A DNA stretch of 64,000 bases from assembly GCA_963833425.1 (NCBI GenBank), contig CAWHXP010000013.1:32001-96000 (forward strand), in the 5' to 3' direction. This document shows positions 59,969-64,000 of the stretch, in pieces. Both the position numbers and the translations under genes were made by a program. The DNA is from an uncultured Methanosarcinaceae archaeon. GTDB taxonomy: Archaea; Halobacteriota; Methanosarcinia; Methanosarcinales; Methanosarcinaceae. Below the pieces are notes generated by a model. The model saw only the letters and a list, made by a program, of their open reading frames with translations. It did not search any database and was not told the DNA's origin. Numbering within the stretch: the first letter of the stretch is position 1; the number at the start of each line of letters is the position of its first letter.

Positions 59969-60694
59969 AATATAACCTCTTTGTTTTATCTATTGTTTTA
60001 TCTACGCCTTTCGTACACACTGAAATATTTTTAAATTATTAATTTTAGTTTTTGGTGAATTTCACTGCTTTTTGTTGCTTTATAGTTCTCTGTGTGTTTC
60101 TTGTGTAGTCTGAGCTGGCTAATGCCATATCCGACATGCTTTACTACTATACGTGAACTTTCCTTTCAATTTTGAAATAAAATTTATTTGTATCCAGTTA
60201 GTATGTAAATGCCAAAAAGCATTATTTTTATACCAATAGCGATGTTCTCAATATTGTCCCATAAAACTTGTTCAATCCTTCAAGAGTCTTGCCCTTAATA
60301 CAATTTGATCATTAGGAAGAGAGTAAGTTTACCTGGTTTAACAGTTTTACTAACTTCTGTGATAAAATTACCACAAGTAAGACTACCGAAATGATTGGTG
60401 CTTTTTATTCGGTCAATTTTTTTTTCAATATATCATGCATTCAATACTTTTTGATACAATTGATTTAGTAAATTAATCTGCAGATAAATTAATGATTAAT
60501 TTTCCAATAACCGATCTAGATTTATGGCGGAAGGATATTATATTGATATTAAAATCTTATCTTTGACAAATTATTATTTGGATTATACAGGACCAAAGTC
60601 TTTCAGACACTTATTTATTCAAATATCTACCAATTATTCCTCAACTTTTTGACCGAGCAGTTTTCGTTAAAATGCAAAATAATCCCCTTAGTTA

Positions 60695-60870
60695 TTTTTA
60701 ATTAATTGTGTGAAAAATATATTCGGAATAAAAATTACTTTTGCACAAAATATTTTAATCTTAAACAATAATTTGATATTAATGATGTTATATTATTTCA
60801 AAAGAAGTTATAAACTTAGTATTATAGTTTTTTTCTAAGAAGTAATATATATTGACTTCATATCAAATTT
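60695..60870 (-). promoter_or_regulatory. Conserved upstream module, copy 4 (faces coding debris at ~60.2-60.4 kb)
   Basis: TTTTAATTAATTGTGTGAAAAATATATTCGGAATAAAAATTAC...ATATTTTAATCTTAAACAATAATTTGATATTAATGA. Confidence 0.6.
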
Positions 60871-60903
60871 TGGTCAAACCCTTAAGTCGTCTTTGAGTCG
60901 TTA

Positions 60904-60985
60904 TAGAGGATTTCGAGAAATCCCTCCATTTCGTACTATGATATAAATGACATATAAATTGTACATGAAAATAAGATATTATCGG
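60904..60985. repeat. MITE family A copy
   Basis: TAGAGGATTTCGAGAAATCCC...TATAAATGACATATAAAT shared with the 42121 copy. Confidence 0.7.
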
Positions 60986-61469
60986 CAGCTTGATTACTTT
61001 TCTAGAAAAATAAAAAATCATATCTCCAATGCGGTCGATATCTCAAAAAATTTGGAAATGAGTGTTCACCATGCTAGGTGCCTCTTCAACTCATGGAGTT
61101 TGATATAAAATATATATATTACCAATGTCAACATTTCATTACAATTTTTCCACTATTAACCCTAACTCACAAGTTTAAGAGTAAAGAGAAATGCAAAGTC
61201 ATTTAAATTTAAACAAACTATTTTTTTACCCAGCTCAATTTGCTTTTCTGTTTACAAGTCCATACTAAATATTGTTTTATTTTCATGATTGTAGTGAGAA
61301 TGCCCACTGCTTTAGATATGGTACCCTACCTCATAGCCCTAATATACGATATAACCAATCTATCCACATAGATGTTATATTCTATGCTATAAATTATCTG
61401 ATTTAATTGCAGATAGATAGGTTGAATTTATTGCGGTTAAAACATACATAAATTTACCGATAATTTTAG

Positions 61470-62319
61470 GGAAAAATTTCTTTCCTATATTTTTCAATTC
61501 CAGGCTTGTCAAAAGTTCTCCTAATCTGTCTCCATTAAGACACTCTTTACTGTAATAATCAATTGTTTTTTAGAATTGAAAAAAGATTCTCCTCGTCCAC
61601 AAGTTCAATAAATTTTATTCCATGCCTTGGCTTACGTCCCATACTACCCCCAACAAAAATCGTATATCCGATTTTTTTCCGTTCTCAATGCATTTTTTCG
61701 ACAAGCTGCAATACAGGCTCCGCAAAGAACGCATTTTTCCCTGACTATCCGTATTTTTTCTTCCTCGATTGTTATTGCTCCCATTTTACAAGCTTGTTCA
61801 CAGCTTCCGCAACCAATACAATTCTCTTCGAGAATTTCTGGTTTTTTCATACCCATGATTCCAAAATCATCATCCTGGGGTTTTACACACGCAGAAGGAC
61901 AGCCTGTTATTGCAATTTTAAATTTTTGAGGGACAGCTTCACCGAAATATTTCTCATTTATGAAGTAAGCCAGTCACTAACAGTCAATTAACCTATATTT
62001 ACAGACATTGTTCCCATGACAAGCAACAATTGCCCTCACTTTTTACCCGGAAGAACTTCCAAAAATCTATTGCATTTCGAGCTCATAAATTGCTTTTTCC
62101 GTATCTTCAAGTTTTTTAAACGGAACTCCAATCTGTTGCCTTGAAGTTAAATGAACGTAACAAGAACCGTATTTCTCTGCAGCATCCGCATTAGTCCTTA
62201 AATTTTTGGCGAACACCATTCTGCCCACAACTTTAAGCCTCATTGAAAACATCTTTTCTTATCTCTGAGATAGAAAACCTTTGTTTTTGAGTGAAGATTA
62301 ATCAATTTTTATAGGCCAT
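61470..62319 (-). pseudogene. Dsr-like/AsrC-like sulfite reductase with 2x4Fe-4S ferredoxin domain, pseudogene
   Basis: HLTSRQ, VACHGNNVC, KFKIAITGCPSAC, CIGCGSCEQAC, CVLCGACIAAC, GGSMGR; stops, frameshifts and a deletion. Confidence 0.88.
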
Positions 62320-62707
62320 ATGAGATCACTTAACTGCAAAAGTATTATAATTAATTTCTATAAAAATTAGGATTTATGTAACTTATCTAATAGATCCAAA
62401 AACAAGGTGCATAATTTTCCGTAAAATCCGCTCTACATCACATTTTTTTCTGATTACCATTCTATTATTATCTTGTTACCTGTGATCCAAGATGGAGCCT
62501 TAATTTAATCTAAAAGCAGTATTTTAGTTTTTCATTATTCGATGATTTCAATAAAACCTATTTATTCATTTCAAGAAACAAGCAATTAGTAATGGGAAAA
62601 TAATCAAAAAAAAGATTAAATGGTACGAGCAGATTTGACAGAAAACAATGCGCATGCCAACTTGAGCATTGTACTGGGAATTCTGTAAAATTTTATCTCA
62701 AAAATAT

Positions 62708-62763
62708 TAGAAAATTTAGATAAACTACATGCTCAAGAGCATTGAGTTTATCTAAATTCTCTA
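62708..62763. repeat. Minimal 56-bp palindromic member of MITE family A
   Basis: TAGAAAATTTAGATAAACT-ACATGCTC-AA-GAGCATTG-AGTTTATCTAAATTCTCTA. Confidence 0.75.
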
Positions 62764-63053
62764 TAATTAGTATAGTATTCTTTCATTCTGTTAGTGCTGA
62801 TATTACCACTAACAACGAATAGTAAGTATATTTTTAAATTTGTTTTGCCAGAGCCATCAATTCCTAAATTATAACTTTTGACAGAAGTAGGTGTGCAGAA
62901 AATTAACCTTTAATGGATGGATTTAATTGAATACTATATTTATCCAAAAAAATAGCCTTCAGAGGCTACATGAATAGTTACGGAATTTGCTATTTGAGAT
63001 AATTTATACAGAATCCAAATTCCATTATCATTTGATATGTTGAATTTATTTTT

Positions 63054-63278
63054 TTATTTGAGCATTGTCTGAACTTTTTTAATATCCGCGATAGCTTCTT
63101 TTTTTAGTTCGATCATCTTTTCCATTTTACCTATTTTCATTTCTAAAATTTTTATGAATTTATCCATTCTCATTACTGCAACTTTTTTCTTCTGTTCTAT
63201 AGTCAGAAGTTCCCACATCTCAACCATAGCGGTCTCCATTATAGACCCCTGTCCCATCATGGAATGTTCTTCGCACAT
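63054..63278 (-). CDS. Small Met-rich coiled-coil hypothetical protein
   Basis: 74-aa ORF, GGAG RBS, TATA-like element upstream. Confidence 0.75.
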   Translation of the reverse strand: MCEEHSMMGQGSIMETAMVEMWELLTIEQKKKVAVMRMDKFIKILEMKIGKMEKMIELKKEAIADIKKVQTMLK

Positions 63279-63436
63279 GTTTCAATATCTCCTTGATTGA
63301 TAATATTTTTTTGAATTTACACTTCAAGAATAGACCAAAATATTAGTATATTTTAATCTCCGGTTTCAACAAATTATTTATAGAGTATATATAAAGCAAT
63401 TTATTGCAACCAGATGTTTATTATTTTCCCATATTA

Positions 63437-63560
63437 TTTTTAATTAATGATATGAAAAAAAGTTTCTGAATAAAATTTACTTTCCAATAACATATTTTAA
63501 AACTAAAAAATCATTTCATATTAATAATGTTTTTATCATATTCTGACATTTTTAAAATTT
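63437..63560 (-). promoter_or_regulatory. Conserved upstream module, copy 5 (faces the 74-aa gene)
   Basis: TTTTAATTAATGATATGAAAAAAAGTTTCTGAATAAAATTTAC...ATATTTTAA. Confidence 0.6.
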
Positions 63561-63589
63561 AATATTTAATCTAGGGTCCAATGTTCGTT

Positions 63590-63740
63590 CTGTTTTAGGA
63601 AAAAGTTGATGTTAAGTTCTGAAGATTTTAAAACATAATTAAAAAATCATTTTTAAATATTTAGTTGTTTTTTGATTTGAAAAATCTTATGTGGGATTAC
63701 TTTTCATTCAGAAACTATTTTTGGTATAATTAATTTGATA
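63590..63740 (+). promoter_or_regulatory. Conserved upstream module, copy 6 (faces the ORF at 63830)
   Basis: TTCATTCAGAAACTATTTTTGGTATAATTAATTT, inverted copy with upstream homology to copy 1. Confidence 0.6.
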
Positions 63741-63829
63741 TAAAAATAAAAAGTGGTTTTACAGCATATTTTAATATAACTGATATAGTTTTAGTAAGTT
63801 AGAGAGTTAGTGAGTTAAGGAATAATACA

Positions 63830-64000
63830 ATGGTAAATGTAGGTGAAATGGAAGCTAAACATATAACAGAGCATATACTTGGAACTATAAACAAGAATAT
63901 CCAGGTGCATATCATCGATGGAAATTGGCAATGGAGTAAAGAGATAGGTCTTGAAAAAACAATTGATGGCAATTTAAAGATCAGATCTCCAGCTAAAGGT
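63830..64000 (+). CDS. Hypothetical protein, partial (runs off the window)
   Basis: AAGGA RBS, then ATG and an open frame MVNVGEMEAKHITEHILG...RSPAKG. Confidence 0.6.
   Translation, partial: MVNVGEMEAKHITEHILGTINKNIQVHIIDGNWQWSKEIGLEKTIDGNLKIRSPAKG

Noticed and set aside
58300..60600. Possible provirus or plasmid remnant around the 118-aa coiled-coil gene
   Set aside because: No integrase, att repeat, replication or structural gene is recognisable
56490..62070. In-frame TAG codons as pyrrolysine read-through (IS6 transposase, Dsr-like gene; also ahcY)
   Set aside because: The same genes carry frameshifts or TAA/TGA stops, and the IS6 and ahcY TAGs replace conserved Trp codons

Overview
AT-rich chromosomal segment of a Methanosarcina-like methanogenic archaeon, judged from gene content, protein families and IS types. 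The intact core genes are pyrG, initiator tRNA-Met, a TrkA-N/DHH phosphoesterase, prs, a CDIN1/C15orf41-like nuclease, rad50-mre11, valS, mtaD/dadD, mat, purA, a PfkB kinase, a small sulfite-reductase-like gene and an HxlR regulator. They lie in heavily eroded DNA: by my hand tally only about 27 of 64 kb is intact-looking CDS. The rest is pseudogenes (ahcY, histidine kinase, Dsr-like protein, SDR, YcaC, TPR, AglB fragment), dead IS5/IS6/IS110/IS21/TnpB elements and several MITE families. Main leads: (1) a 641-aa fusion of an Msr/ArsR-type regulator to a QueG/reductive-dehalogenase-like cobalamin/Fe-S domain; (2) a 100-180 bp AT-rich upstream module in six copies, each pointing at a gene, several of them general-stress type; (3) a destroyed ahcY inside an otherwise intact SAM-cycle cluster; (4) a TnpB relic whose right end abuts the mtaD start; (5) a promoter-plus-stem-loop sRNA candidate with C-rich loops. 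All calls are from manual reading and recalled family motifs. No database searches were run, and relic boundaries are approximate.
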